Source of the DNA: Octopus sinensis
Taxonomy: Eukaryota
Length of the DNA: 64,000 nt
Assembly: GCF_006345805.1 (NCBI RefSeq)
Contig: NC_043008.1
Span: 18,538,001-18,602,000 of the forward strand
Reading direction: 5' to 3'
Shown here: piece by piece, positions 39,400 to 53,125 of the stretch
How positions within the stretch are numbered: position 1 is the stretch's first letter
Layout: the number at the start of each line of letters is the position of its first letter
The notes under the pieces: generated by a model
What the model was told of the DNA's origin: nothing
The model's database searches: none
The model's input: only the letters and a program-made list of their open reading frames with translations
Program-made: the position numbers and the translations under genes

Positions 39400-40900
39400 T
39401 TAAAGCTCCATTAAGTTTTCGCAGTCAACATTTTAAAAGACAAGTGGAAATTAATATTTGTATTAGAGAACTATTTTTTCCTGAAGTAGGTGAAATTTGG
39501 AGGTTGTGCATTTGGGGAGAAAAATTACTACATTATAGGTCTTCGACCATTGTTAGTCTTGGAGCATATTTTGTTGACATTACTGTGAGACATCTACAGA
39601 AAAGGCCCAGAAATGGGAGATGCCAAAAGAAGGAAAAGCGGATAGTTCAACAGCAGGCCTCAGATTTGAAAACTATAGATATTACTTCCTCTGTTTCTAG
39701 AGAACCTCCAATCATAAACCCGGGTATTAACGGAGCGCAAGCAAGAAAATGCACCGGAGCACGATGGTCGTCGCTCAGGAGTTTATCTTTATATGCCAGG
39801 CTTGTTTATTGGCATCTGTCAGAAAAGGAGAACTCCCAATCCCAGAAAGAACTCGAATTCTGGGAATGATTTTAACAACTTTAGACCCTTAACACTGCTA
39901 AATGCATAGCTGAAGATTTTTTGGTCAAGGTCTTAGCTTAGATGTTGATGCTAGTTGTTACTGCGGTTGGTGAGGCACAGATATGCGTCATGCCAAACAC
40001 AACCCACGATAAACGTCTCACAACATGATACATAATAGTAAGGTTGGGTGAAGTACCTAGCATTGGTAGGGTCCTGATTAATTTAAATCAATCAGCTTTT
40101 GATAGGGGCGAGAATGAACATTTGGCATTTGTCCTGAAGACACCTGGTTTTTAGTCATCTTAAGATATTGAAACGTTGTGATATACTGAGATAGTCAGAG
40201 TAAACCGCCATCTGTCGGAATCTTTCAGCATCAAGCAATCGGTCCAACAAAGTTACTCCCTCTTTCTCCTACAGTACTTACTGATCCAGAAGCCACTAAC
40301 GCAGAAATTGCAAAATTCCGGGTGTCGATGAAAATCAATGGATTGATCATTTCCGAAGTTTCTCCTGGGACCATTGAAAACCTCAATATAAACTCTAGCA
40401 GCATGATAATGTCCCGAAAAGTTCAGTATGCACTCGTTGGCTAGGAAGGGCACCTGTCTTCCTCTGTCGGGTGGCTATAATAAACGGGATTGCATTGTCA
40501 AATAAACTGTAAAACTGAAGACCGCAATTTCATTTTAGGTCAATCCCTCGCCTTTTTCGAGCTGGAAAGGAAAGTGAAACTCAAGAGTAAGTTGATGATA
40601 CTCCTTTGAACCCAATAAAGTTTTTAAATGATGAATTAATATAGCGAGAATAGTCCGAGTGAATGGACCGACACCAAGCTTGCGTCTCTTAACTGAGACC
40701 TATCTAGGAATGAGGAGCACTTGCCATATTACACCCTGTGAGTAAGGGAATCGAGATCTCTGGGATTCCTTCGTTGCGCTCGGTGGCGGTTCCTCCTATT
40801 TGTTGTAAGAGTTTTCATGTTAACGTTTACACGTGATTAGGTACGTCCGCGGTGTTATTTACTTTTGTAGAGTTGTAAACGTGTTTGTGGCCTATATGAA
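39400..40900 (+). mobile_element. Degenerate Tx1/L1-clade LINE RT fragment
   Basis: NFRPLTLLNA*LKI..VKVLA, GEAQICVMP, LINLNQSAFDR..HLAFVLK..GF, VRVNRHLSESFSIKQSVQQ, with many stops and frameshifts. Confidence 0.85.
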
Positions 40901-41699
40901 GTATAGTTGTCGTTGTTGTTGTAAAATTGGTGAATGGCAAGCTAATGGTGGCACTGAGTAACTATAAGTAATTCCCTTCCCCTAAATCGTGTACTTAAAT
41001 TAGAAACAGTTTATTAAAACTTCTGAGACGACAGTGTCGGATAAAATGCTTGACGTTTTTTGCTGTTCGACGTTTTTTGCTGTTCGACGTTTTTTGTCTG
41101 TTCGACATTTCATTTCTCCGGGATCGGTAAAATAATGTACCAGTCAAGTACTGTGGGCCCGATGGTATCGAATTCTCTCTTACTAAAATTGCTGGCATTG
41201 TGCCAAAATTTCATGCCATTGTTGTTGCTGTTGTTGTCTTGTGTTTAGTAAGTCGGATGATTTTTTTGTTTGGCTCACTCATATTCTCGATTATTATCAG
41301 CTGAAGCTACGTGGAAAAAAAGATTTTTAATGCAAAATTAATAGCTGGAGAAAGTAGGCGTTTAATTAATCGCATTAATTCTTTGCCATTTCGGTGAAAA
41401 TACTTTAATTTGCAAAGGAGATATTTCTCTACACTTTTTATAAATGTGGCTGCATAACAGCGTTTAAAATACCACCTGAAGGAAATGGAACGAAAACAAA
41501 CACCTTTTTCCAGACAGCAGACTGAAAAAATATAAAAATATACACACAAATTCTGTATGTCAGCGCAAAACATATAATTTCATAAAATGAAAGAAAAATA
41601 TTAAATTTCTGACAGAACAACGCGAATAGCACCAATCACGCTAATATGCAAAATATCGTTTCTACTCTAGGCAGAAGGCCCGAAATTTTGTGAGAAGAG

Positions 41700-42246
41700 G
41701 CCAGTCGAATACATCGAATCCAGTACGGAACTGGTACTTAATTTAACGACCCTGAAAGGATGAAAGGCAAAGACGACCTCACTGGAATTTGAAGTCAGAA
41801 CGTAATTACAGACGAAATACCTATTTCTATTTTTTTTACTACCCACGAGGGGCTAAACACAGAGATGAAAAACAAGGACAGACAAACGGATTAAGTCGAT
41901 TATATCGATCCCAGTGCGTAACTGGTACTTATTTAATCGACCCCCGAAAGGATGAAAGACAAAGTCGACCTCGGCGGTATTTAAACTCAGAACGTAACGG
42001 CAGATGAAATACCTCTTTCTTTATTACCCACAAGGGGCTAAACACAGAGGGGACAAACAAGGGCAGACAAACGGATTAAGTCGATTACATCGACCCCAGT
42101 GCGTAACTGGTACTTAATTTATCGACCCCGAGAGGGTGAAAGGCAAAGTCGACCTCCGTGGAATTTGAACTCAGAATGTAAACACGGACGAAATGCCACT
42201 AAGCATTTCGCCAGGCTTGCTAACGTTTCTGCCATCTTACCACCTT
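41700..42246 (-). mobile_element. SINE family A: head plus about three tandem body units
   Basis: Units joined by GACGAAATACC(T/C)..TTTCTTT(A/T)(C/T)TACCCAC. Confidence 0.9.
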
Positions 42247-42389
42247 AGTAGCATTATATATATATATTGCATGATTGCTTTGTCCTTCTTCACAATTTTC
42301 TAAATCTTTGTTTAGCTCTTCATATTTTCGAACCCCTATTTATAACTCTTTTATTCTATAAAAAGGCAGTGGTGAAAATAGCAAGATAT

Positions 42390-42405
42390 ATTATTATTAT
42401 TGTTG

Positions 42406-42446
<41 letters not shown>

Positions 42447-42505
42447 GTTATTATTATTATTATTATTATTCCTATTGTTGTTGTTGTTGTTATTATTATT
42501 ATTTG
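42390..42505. repeat. (ATT)n/(GTT)n microsatellite
   Basis: Direct reading. Confidence 0.95.
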
Positions 42506-44292
42506 TAGTCATATAAATTAAATAAGTTAACAAAGACGAAGTAATAAATAAAAAGAAATGAAATGCAACATATAAAGTTAGAATATGAAAGATCACAACG
42601 TGGAGCTCATTCAAGCGTGAAATGGATGTAATAAGTAAAAGCCTCGGTGATAAATTTACTTCCTTCACGCCTCGTCGAATTTTCCCCCTTTTCTAATAAG
42701 AAACTTCGAAAGTAGAATGCCATTTGTTATTGACGTCTGGTGATAAACGCCTGTGCAATGTTCAGCAACCAAGAAGAACACGCAAACACACTAAACCACA
42801 AAAAAAAAACATACATATATACACACACATACAAAACAAAAAAGAATAAATAAAAAATTTGAGAAAATCCCGTTAATCAATGAATGAAAAGCTAAATTTG
42901 CAGGCAGAAAATACTTACCAATTGACAATGACGTTGCTTACGTTTACGAATATTCAAACTTTCAGCTGGTGCAATTTGATAAATAACCTCTATTTGTATT
43001 GACGGGAGACACTCGGCTTATAATTCTGAATTAATATATCTTTCTCAATGTTTATTTCAGTTTCTTTTCTTTTCTTTATTAGACGTCAAGTTAGATATAA
43101 TGCATATTTTTCTACGATACAGTGAGTCAGTTTATATTAGGTTTGGGAAGGACAATGTATGGTCATAAAATAAATATCTTAGAATGAGCAGGATGGAAAG
43201 TGTCAATATATAAACAAGAGGCCAGTCTTCCATTGTTAATATAAAATACGTAATATTGGTTTCCTTTAACTAGATACAAGGTCAAGTTTTGCATCAATTG
43301 TGATACAGACGATTTGGTCGATAATCTGTATTCGACGGGTATTTGCCTCATCGATTTCAGAAGAGAAATGGAACAAAATAATTCAATAGTTACTGGAATT
43401 TGAACTCAGAACGAAGCATTAAATTATGTATTTTGAGAAATTTAACATTCAATCTGATATTCCATCATTGTTATTTCTAATAATAATAATAATAATATCG
43501 AAACGCAAGTACTATTTACAAGGAATAGTGTGAACTTAAAAGCAATAAACGTAGGTTTCTGCTGCCATATTTAACTGAGCCGTTCCATAAGTAATACTGT
43601 GACCACATAACATCTCTCATAACAATACTAATGTTGAACGTTATGAGAAAATCTAACAAAAATTATACGGTAAATATGAATTCTAAGAATGGCAACGGTC
43701 AATTAAATTATATGAAAAATAAGCAAAATAATCAGTATATTAATTTAATATTTTCTTCGATTGTCTATCTGGACAGGTTAGCTATTAATCCTTTCGAAGT
43801 CGACAGAATCGAAGTATTATACTTGCGTCGATTTAATAGAATTCAATTGTCAGTTCCATATCTCAAATGTGTTCATTATCTTGATTTACATGCAGTGTTG
43901 GGACTATATTAGAAAGGATTATGCTCTGATTTGAATAAGACGAAGCCTTCAGATAGTTTCCTTTGTTGCCCTTCACTCTCAGTAAATTTCGTTAATATAA
44001 ATATATCTTCAGAATATTAATTGCGAGTCTTTACCATGTGCTCACTTCCACACCTGATCTTGTTAAACCATTTACTAATAGTATGTTATACACAAGTAGT
44101 AATAATAGTAACGTTATCAAAGTAGAACCCCAATGTCTCAGTGCTGTATTTCTATAGGAAAAGTAAGAGAATTGCTCTTACATTCATAACTAGTGGATGT
44201 AAGTATTCACTTTTCAGAGAAGGACGTCGAAAAGATTGTAATATAATTTCGAAAATTATATACGATCATGCATATTATATTATAATCGCTTA

Positions 44293-44455
44293 AGCGGCGA
44301 GCTAGCATAATCATTAGCACACCGGGCGAAATGTTTAGCGATATTTCGTCTGCCGCTAATGTTCTGAGTTCAAATTATGCACTGGGATCGATATAATCGA
44401 CTAGCCTCCTTCCCCCAGAATTTTCAAGGTCTTGTGCCTAGAGTAGAAATATTTA
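44293..44455 (+). mobile_element. SINE family A, internally deleted copy
   Basis: Head present; jumps from GTTCAAATT to GCACTGGGATCGATATAATCGAC. Confidence 0.8.
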
Positions 44456-46811
44456 TTTTATAAACGCTTATTCAATATACGTTAAAGCCAAAAACAGGTA
44501 TGCGTAACCTGTTTTGATAGACTTATGTACTACAGAGAAATATGGGCCTCATAAAATAATTCACTTATTAAGAACATTCTGGGACCCAACTTCTACTGTT
44601 TAGGAACAGTGCTTAGAGGATCGGATGCACACAGGCTTTTGGTGTGTACTCAAAACATGCCCGCTTGATTTCGTCGCTGAAAATATATATTACCTAATAC
44701 CCGTTCGTTCTTAAAATGAGAAAATGAGTACGCCAAGTGTAATTCATACTGATAAATGGAAATATTTGATAGAGCACAGTTCTTTGTACAACTCTCACAC
44801 TGGTACTAATGAAAATTAATGGGATTGCGCAGTTATAAACGGATTTGTAGACAGATATTTTAAATCAGTATTACCGTCAATTATCAGTGGAAATGTGAAT
44901 ATCTAATGAGACAAGCTCATTGTAAGATGTGGCAGACGAAAACTAAACTACTCCAGAAAAGCCCCATAGATACCTATGAGCTGGATCGACAGAATTCAAT
45001 TGAAACTGAATTATATCAATTAATTACGACGTATATATAGCTTCGGTATCGTATAAGTATAATACTGATATAAGTTAATCAAATCATGGTGACAAACTCC
45101 GAATTTCAACTGTTTATATTTTGTGTGACAGGTTTTATGGAAATTAATGATGTTAGATTCCGCTGCAAAGTTGAAATCTTTGACAAGCGTGAAGCCGTCA
45201 GTTGTAGACGCCTTCATTCACTGAAAATAATATTGCTCACAGATATAGATGGGTCGGCTTCGAAAGTTTTCAAAAAAGTTTTTTTCAGCTATTGAAAATA
45301 TTCAGCAAGGTGTATAGAAATATTGATTACAGTATATGATATGTACTTTAGAACAATGGCGGGTAGGAGTAAGAGGTTTTTTTTCGCATATAAGCTCCTA
45401 GGCAGAAAAGACGGAACAGCGTTGTATGGTTATACATACATGCATACACACACACACACAAACACACATATATAGATATGTATATATATATGCATATGTA
45501 TATATACACATATATACATAAATACATACACACATATATGTATGTATGTGTCTGTATGTCTGTCTGTATGTATGTATGTATGTATGTATGTATAAAGCAG
45601 ATATATATAAAGAGACACAGAGACAGAGAGAAACATGAAAAGCAAAAAGCAACGCAATCGAATGCTAATTTTTATCATATTTCTTTTTCTTAGTCTATTT
45701 CTGGACAATAACTTTGTTCCGTCTGTAGTTTTCTTTTCCAACTTGAACCGTTTTACTTCAATAATATAGATCCCAGAGTTCAATAGCAGACAATTATTGA
45801 TTTTCTGTCACAATAATGCTGATCTCTATTTCGAAAACGAAGACTAAATCTTGAAATTTAAGTAGGTTTATGAAAATAGTTACTAATATGCAATTCACCA
45901 TTTTGTTTTACATTGAAGTTATGTGACATATATTATTACTTTTTTTTTAATTTTAATTTTCTTTTCTTTTTGTAATAGATATTTGCGTAATTGAATTTTG
46001 GATTATTTTCTTTTGATTTTTAATACTTTCTTATCACTCGTATTGATTCTTGGTCAGAAAAGTTTAATTAACATTTGTAATCTTTCTACAATGGAAATTT
46101 TTTAGCACTTAATATCGTTTTATATTTTGCAATTTTTGTCAATACACGTAGATAGAAGCAGATAGGAATGTAGACAGGGAGATGAATAGGTTGAAATTTG
46201 AGACGAATAACAAATGGACAGAGAAAGACATTATTCTTTAATATATTTTTCGAATATACATATAGTTGTTCTTTTTTTCTTTCGCATGGAATATCCATTT
46301 TACAAAATTAGTATCGCACCACTTTCTAACTGCACAGTTACTAAAGTTACACATGTAAGACTGTAAGGAGACCAAAGAACAGAGGGAAATTGTACATTTT
46401 GATGCAGTTGTCTATAAGTGTTTCTTGTTATCATTACTACGTATCTTATATTTATATCCGGTGGCAACTGAACTGCTCGAAAGAAAATGATTCTCGGTTT
46501 ATGTAGCGAATACTACTTAAAGATAACTATGAAGCATTTGCCTGAAGCTCTAACAAGAATATTCAAGCATCATTCCTTTTCTTGAAACGTATAAATGGAA
46601 TTACCTTCAGTGGCTTTGTGTGTATTCATATTATTGATATGCCTCAATTAACTATGGCCTTCTGCCTCCTGTGATTGTCCCCACATTTGGTGTTGCCCGT
46701 GACACGCCACAATCTGCTCGATTAACAATAGTAGCGGCACTGTTCCATTGCAAGATTTCCATACCAGATACCGATTACCATCTCGCTCACGGCTATATTT
46801 TCTATTTTGAG

Positions 46812-47008
46812 ATCCTGTGATGATTGCGCTGAACATCTGACACATCACCTTAAGAGGTTTATAAACACCATACGCACAACTCAATGCCTCCTACGAAGCT
46901 ATCAAACAGCAGACGGGATTACTGTTGAAGTAAATGTGCTAGACATTGATCTACACGAAACTGAAGATTCTGGAAGAGCTACAGATTATGTGATTCCCTT
47001 CAACATTG
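46812..47008 (+). mobile_element. Possible mariner-type transposase N-terminal relic
   Basis: EHLTHHLKRFINTIRTTQ...DIDLHETEDSGRATD loosely resembles mariner EH.RH.L..FKRG.NA...T and DLEDE.RSGRP; cut off by a SINE at about 47009. Confidence 0.3.
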
Positions 47009-47550
47009 GTGAAGGCACGTGGTTTGGTGGTTAGGACATACGGCTAACGTATACCTATTTCTTTACTACCCACAAGGGGCTAAACACAGAGAGAACAAAC
47101 AAGGACAGACAAACGGATCAAGTCGATTATATCGACCCCAGTGCGTAACTGGTGCTTAAATTATCGACCCCGAAAGGATGAAAGGCAAAGTCGACCTCGG
47201 CGGAAATTGAAATCAGAACGTAACGGCAGACGAAATACGGCCACGCATTTCGCCCGGCGTGCTAACGTTTCTTCCAGCTCACTTGATGGATTCTTGGGGA
47301 TGCATAGTGTCCTTGAGAACGACACTTTATTTTATTTTGCTCCGGTTCACTCATCTTGCAAAAATACGTAACATCTGTATTCCAAAGCGCCAGCCTTGAC
47401 ACATTCCGTATCATGTTGACTCTCCCTGAGAACTACATAAAGGATACGCTACTCTTTGGAGTGCCTAGCCACTCGCGTGTTAACTTTATGAGCAGGCTGC
47501 TCCGTTGAACGAATCAACTGGATTCCTCGTCGTCGTAAACGAAGGAGCAT
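47009..47550 (+). mobile_element. CORE-type SINE (head 2 plus tail Y) interrupted by a minus-strand family A SINE at 47052-47283
   Basis: GAAGGCACGTGGTTTGGTGGTTAGG head; resumes after 47283 with GTGTCCTTGAG..., then tail Y ending CCTCGTCGTCGTAAACGAAGGAG. Confidence 0.8.
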
Positions 47551-47843
47551 CTTCATCACAAATTTAACAGATTTGATTCAAAATACTGCAACAATTGCGT
47601 TTAGGGATCTCATTAATTGTCTCTTTTATTTTTTTGGGGTAGTTTTATTTCATATTTTTCTTCTGGTGCGAAACAACATAAATCTTCGATATGTCACATG
47701 ATAAATGTAAAAGCGTTCAAAAATCTGAAGACAAACGTGTTAACTCATATATAAAACACTTTTGTGTTATCAGGGGACGCAAACGCGCGTACGTGTCTGT
47801 ATATAGGTGTATCTGTATGTATGTACATATGTACGTGTGTGTG

Positions 47844-47895
<52 letters not shown>

Positions 47896-47914
47896 ACAAA
47901 TGAAAGAAGAGCAC

Positions 47915-48252
47915 TCAACACATTTCTCGGGAGTTACATGTATATACAAGCTTCAGGACCAGCTTCTGCGGCGGCCTGTGTTTCAGGGGCCCGCAGCTTT
48001 TTAATATTCTCGCAAAGAGCCTGAGGAACTTGCACAAAGTAGATGTAGGGGATTTTAAATCAAAGTTGGACATCTTCCTGTCAAGAGTCCCAGATGAACC
48101 TACCTCACGGCAAGAGGTGCAAATGAGAGTAGCTATATCAAACTCCATTCTTCACCAAGTGCCACATATTAGACGAGGTTCTTCGTAATAACAGTGTAGC
48201 GCAAAACGGCGGTGCATCAGCATGGCCGCAGCTCTAAGCTGAAACTACAGAG
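47915..48252 (+). mobile_element. CR1-type LINE 3' end (ORF2 C-terminus plus 3' UTR)
   Basis: Open frame LCFRGPQLFNILAKSLRNLHKVDVGDFKSKLDIFLSRVPDEP...SNSILHQ ending at TAA 48186-48188, then GGCGGTGCATCAGCATGGCCGCAG..CTGAAAC. Confidence 0.85.
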
Positions 48253-48658
48253 AAAAAATATACACGTACATACGCGACCAGTTCAGTTATCCATCCAAAC
48301 ACCATGTGCTATATGGTCAAAATACCACCGCAGTAAATATAGTGACAAAGTAAATATATATTGAATAAATGATGTGGTTTTAGAGTCAGGTTTTGACTGC
48401 AATTTAAATCCTGCTGTTATCTCTTAGATACCCTTATTTATAATTTTAATAATAATTAGAAGTTATAAGGTTTTTTTTTCCCATTATGCTACTTGTTTTG
48501 ATTGTTTTTAAACAACGATCTTATGTACTTATTTATGTAGAAATTTATATACATTCACTTCGTCATTATATTTACTGCGGTGATATGTTCATCATATAGC
48601 AATGCTTTTTTGGACGGATAACTGAACTGGCCATGTATATTCGTGCATATATATATAT

Positions 48659-48891
48659 AAGGTGGCGAGCTGGCAGAAACGTTAGCACGCCGGGCGAAAT
48701 GCTTTGCGGTATTTCGTCCGCCGCTGCGTTCTGAGTTCAAAATCCGCCAAGGTCGACTTTGCCTTTCATCCTTTCGGGGTCGATAAATTAAGAACCAGTT
48801 ACGCACTGGGGTCGATGTAATCGACTTAATCCGTTTGTCGGTCCTTGTTTGTCCCCTCTGTGTTTAGCCCCTTGTGGGTAGTAAAGAAATA
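48659..48891 (+). mobile_element. SINE family A, near-consensus single unit
   Basis: Complete head and body between TA tracts. Confidence 0.93.
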
Positions 48892-48974
48892 TATATATGT
48901 ATATATGCGTTGCTATACGTAAGTATTCGTACGCTTGTGTGTATATATATGTAATTATGTACACTTATTGGTAT

Positions 48975-49032
48975 ATTTCACTGACGAAGGCAAAGTATTT
49001 GTATACAGAGCCAGAAACCCAGCGTCTGGAAT
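48975..49032 (+). ncRNA. Type I hammerhead motif, core intact with an extra A before G12
   Basis: AUUUCA-CUGACGA-A-GGC[..GUAU UUGU AUAC..]GCC-A-GAAA-C[CCAGC]G-UC/UGGAAU. Stem I is 6 bp with one GU pair; GUC site after 49026. Confidence 0.7.
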
Positions 49033-49613
49033 CATACAATTTTCACTAGTTTATTTGTATATGTGTATGTATCAGTCTGTGTATGTGTGTGTGAGTGTCA
49101 TTGTTCTTAATTGCCCTACAACCATCCCCTCAGCCTCTTCCCTTCCCCCCTTGGCGCTACTGCTGTCCCAGGGACCGAAATTTGGTACAGTTCCTGTATG
49201 TCTCAGTGTTTGTGTGTTCGCCCACGGTACTGCTATTGCGGTTGTTGTCATTGTTGTTGTAATGGCCATCGTTTTCACTGCTGTTGCTCTTATCGTTATT
49301 CATGTTCTTGAAACTGTTGTGGCCGTCTGTGAAATTATTGTATGTGCGTTTGCGTGTGTATATGTATTCGCTTACTATGTTGTTTGTATCTGAGCACATT
49401 ATACAGATTATTTATTTATTTATTTATATTTTATCTCTCTCTAACTCTTAAACTTAGCAGACGTTTCAGCATACATGACTTTTGTTTGACTATTACCCCC
49501 TTTGTATCTTGTTTTAATTTATTTTATTTTTTTTTATTTGTCCTCTCTATTTCTCCTCTCTGTTGTCTTTAGTCGTCATGTTTGTTGTATTGATGGGTGT
49601 TATAGTTCCATGA

Positions 49614-50297
<684 letters not shown>

Positions 50298-51082
50298 AAA
50301 TTAAGACAAGAACGCAAAACATCCAGACATTCGATACAAAGAAAACAAGGACGGGTTATTCGGAGCTTTCTTTCTTCAGTCGAGTTCCAGATTATGATTG
50401 CAATTTTGTAATCTCGGCTGTTGATGTATATATATATATATAAGCACAGGCATGATTGTGCAGTGAAACAAATCGCTTTGGAATCGTGCGTTTTGTGGTC
50501 AGTCCCACTTCGCAGCACTCTTAGTCATTGTCTTCTGCTATAGTTATGGGTAGATTAATGTATTGTGAGAGAATTTGATAAACGGAAACTCTCTGGAAAC
50601 CCGTCTTAAATACAGATATGTGTGAACGCTTGTGTGCGTGTGTTTGCGTGTGTGTAAGTATGTATGTATTATATTTTACAGCAATAATATTTACTCATTC
50701 TCAACAGAAAGAAGCGAGCCGTTGAATTTATTTTATCTTTTCACGTTGTACCCTGTACTGAGATTCGAAGTGGCGTCAATATTTCAGTGCAAATAGTGAA
50801 ACAGTTATTTGCTTGCCGTCATTACCTCCTCCCTGACACATATGGATATAACCCAAGAGAAGAGAAAAAGATTTACTAAACACTGTGAAATCTGCCCGAC
50901 GTAAAATATTCAAGACCATTCGACACCGTATTTTTGGATACACAAGAAGATATCACTGTTATGTGTGGAACTATTATCATTGTAGGCGCAGGCGCGGAAA
51001 TTTAGGCAATAGTCTTCTACTATAGCTTCACAAAGCCTTGTGTATGGATTTGGTAGACGGAAACTGAAAGAAGACAGTCGTG

Positions 51083-51120
<38 letters not shown>

Positions 51121-51121
<1 letters not shown>

Positions 51122-51360
51122 CGGGAAGCTTTATGAAAATAAACAAAAGACGAAGGCAGGTTTACGGAAATAAACAAAAGACGAAGGCAGGTGGAATACA
51201 AACAAACAATTGTATTAGTATGGCGCTCAGGAATATAAATAAAACAAGTCTTTTACGTTTCGAGCCTACGCTCTTCAACAGAAAGATACACAGAAAAGAA
51301 ACACAGAAAGAAGGAGAGAAAAAATGCGTGCAGAGGCTAGCGAATCAACATGGCAATCTG
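51121..51360 (-). mobile_element. Penelope-like terminal-repeat fragment (same family as 38440-38595)
   Basis: TA-anchored; contains an internal ~29-bp tandem duplication and a hammerhead motif. Confidence 0.6.
51249..51286 (-). ncRNA. Minimal hammerhead motif with U at position 6
   Basis: UCUUU-CUGUUGA-A-GAGC[GUAG]GCUC-GAAA-CGU-A/AAAGA. Stems I (5 bp) and II (4 bp) are perfect; ACGU palindrome; GUA site. Confidence 0.72.
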
Positions 51361-51387
51361 ATTTCGGCCAGAAGTCAAAGATCAAAG

Positions 51388-51432
<45 letters not shown>

Positions 51433-51747
51433 TGTGTGTGTGTGTGGTTGTATGTGTGTGGATGCATACATAGAAATATATATGTGTATATGTGTGTATG
51501 TTAACTAGCTGTTTGGTTTAAGAGACCGATAGAATAAGACCCACGCTTAAAAACAAACAAATATTTGGTCAATACATTCGACTAATAATTCTTCAAGGAG
51601 GTGTTCCGCCATGGTCTCAGTCTTATGAGTGAAACTAATAAAAGGTAAATGATGCGCTTCCGCAACGAACAGTCTCTAGGTTTTCGATTAGAATAGCAAT
51701 AAGATCAACCTCAGACGCTTACCATCATAATATCAATTCAATTTAAA

Positions 51748-51970
51748 ATGCGGTGAGCTAGCAGAAACATTAGCACGCCAGGTGAAATGCTTAGCAGTAT
51801 TTCGTCTGCTGCTACGTTCCGAGATCAAATTCAGCGGAGGTTGACTTTACCTTTCATCCTTTCGGGGTCGATTAAATAAGTACCAGTTACGCACTGGAGT
51901 CGATATAATCAACTTAATCCGTTTGCCTGTCCTTGTTTGTCCTCTCTGTGTTTAGCCTCTTGTGGGTAGT
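51748..51970 (+). mobile_element. SINE family A copy
   Basis: Matches the consensus. Confidence 0.88.
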
Positions 51971-52740
51971 GTAGCAATAACCATTTTAGCCATTTTGAAA
52001 TGTGGCGCGAATTGGCAATATCACGTTATGTCTTTGCGCCGAAGAATTATCATTTTCGTTTTTTTTCCATTGGTTAATATAACTGCTCATATGAATATTC
52101 TAAAAGTTTCGTAAAGAATATTTGTCATGGATTTCGATTATGTTTAGTCAAGTTGAGCAGTTATAAAAACCCTGGATTTTTGGAAAAAAATCAGTGTTTG
52201 TTGGATGTCACTGAACTCCACGACACTCACTCTTTTGAGACATCGGTAAGTTTCATGCCATGGCTAAGTTAATCACAAGTCTATTTTGATTTGTTGGTTA
52301 ATGTATTAGCTAGAATTGAGAAATGTGTTAATGAAATTATAGTCGTTCTTCTTCACGACAAAGTTATCTTTCTTACTGTAAATATTATAAAATGTTATAT
52401 TTATATAATAAAACTAATTAAAAGAAAATGTTTCTCTTCACGTTTGTTTTTCAATTGACCATAAATAAGTATGCATTTCTGTAATCATTAATTTATGTTT
52501 TCTTATAGCAGTTTAAAGGACACGAAGAAAATATTTAACATACATATCGTTAATACTCATAGCGTTTTATGCGTGTATGTCTCTATGACGTTATAACTGT
52601 AGTTAGGGTTTTAGGTATAATGATAACACTTTAGTATAAGTGACGTTGAATCATTATATTCTCCCTTACTCAGAGAAAAGCCAAATAAAATAATATAACC
52701 TAAGAGAAAGCTTAAGGTAGAAAGACAAAATCCGCCATAG

Positions 52741-53125
52741 TAGTAAAGAAATAGGTATTTCGTCTGCCCTTGCGTTCTGAGTTCAAATTTCGCCGAGGTC
52801 GACTTTGCCTTTCATCCTTAAGGGTTCGATAAATTAAGTACCAGTTACACACTGGGGTCGATGTAATCGTCTTAATTCCTTTGTCTTTCCTTGTTTGTCC
52901 CCTCTATGTTTAGCCTCTTGAGGGCAATAAAGAAATAAGGAACGTTAGCACGCCGGGCGAAATGCTTAGCGGCATTTCGTCAGCCTTTGCGTTCTGAATC
53001 CAAATTCCGCCGATTTCGACCTTGCTTTTCATCCATCAGGGGTCGATAAATTAAGTAGTATTTACGTACTGGGGTCGATCTAATTGACTGGCTCCCTCCT
53101 TGCAAAAATGTTGGGCCTTGTACCT
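52741..53125 (+). mobile_element. SINE family A body unit followed by a second copy
   Basis: TAGTAAAGAAATAGGTATTTCGTCTG junction at 52741; a second GAACGTTAGCACGCCGGGCG start at about 52940. Confidence 0.88.

Noticed and set aside
37712-45161. 17-bp identity TTAATGATGTTAGATTCC at about 37712 and 45144 as paralogous exons
   Set aside because: Similarity does not extend, and the 37712 frame stops immediately.
46807-47034. CUB-like exon (ITVEVNVLDIDL...DYV), phase-compatible with the 17110 signal-peptide exon
   Set aside because: The apparent donor and the GEGTWFGG end are the head of a SINE inserted at about 47009. CUB cysteines and the SPxYP motif are missing, and a mariner relic fits as well.
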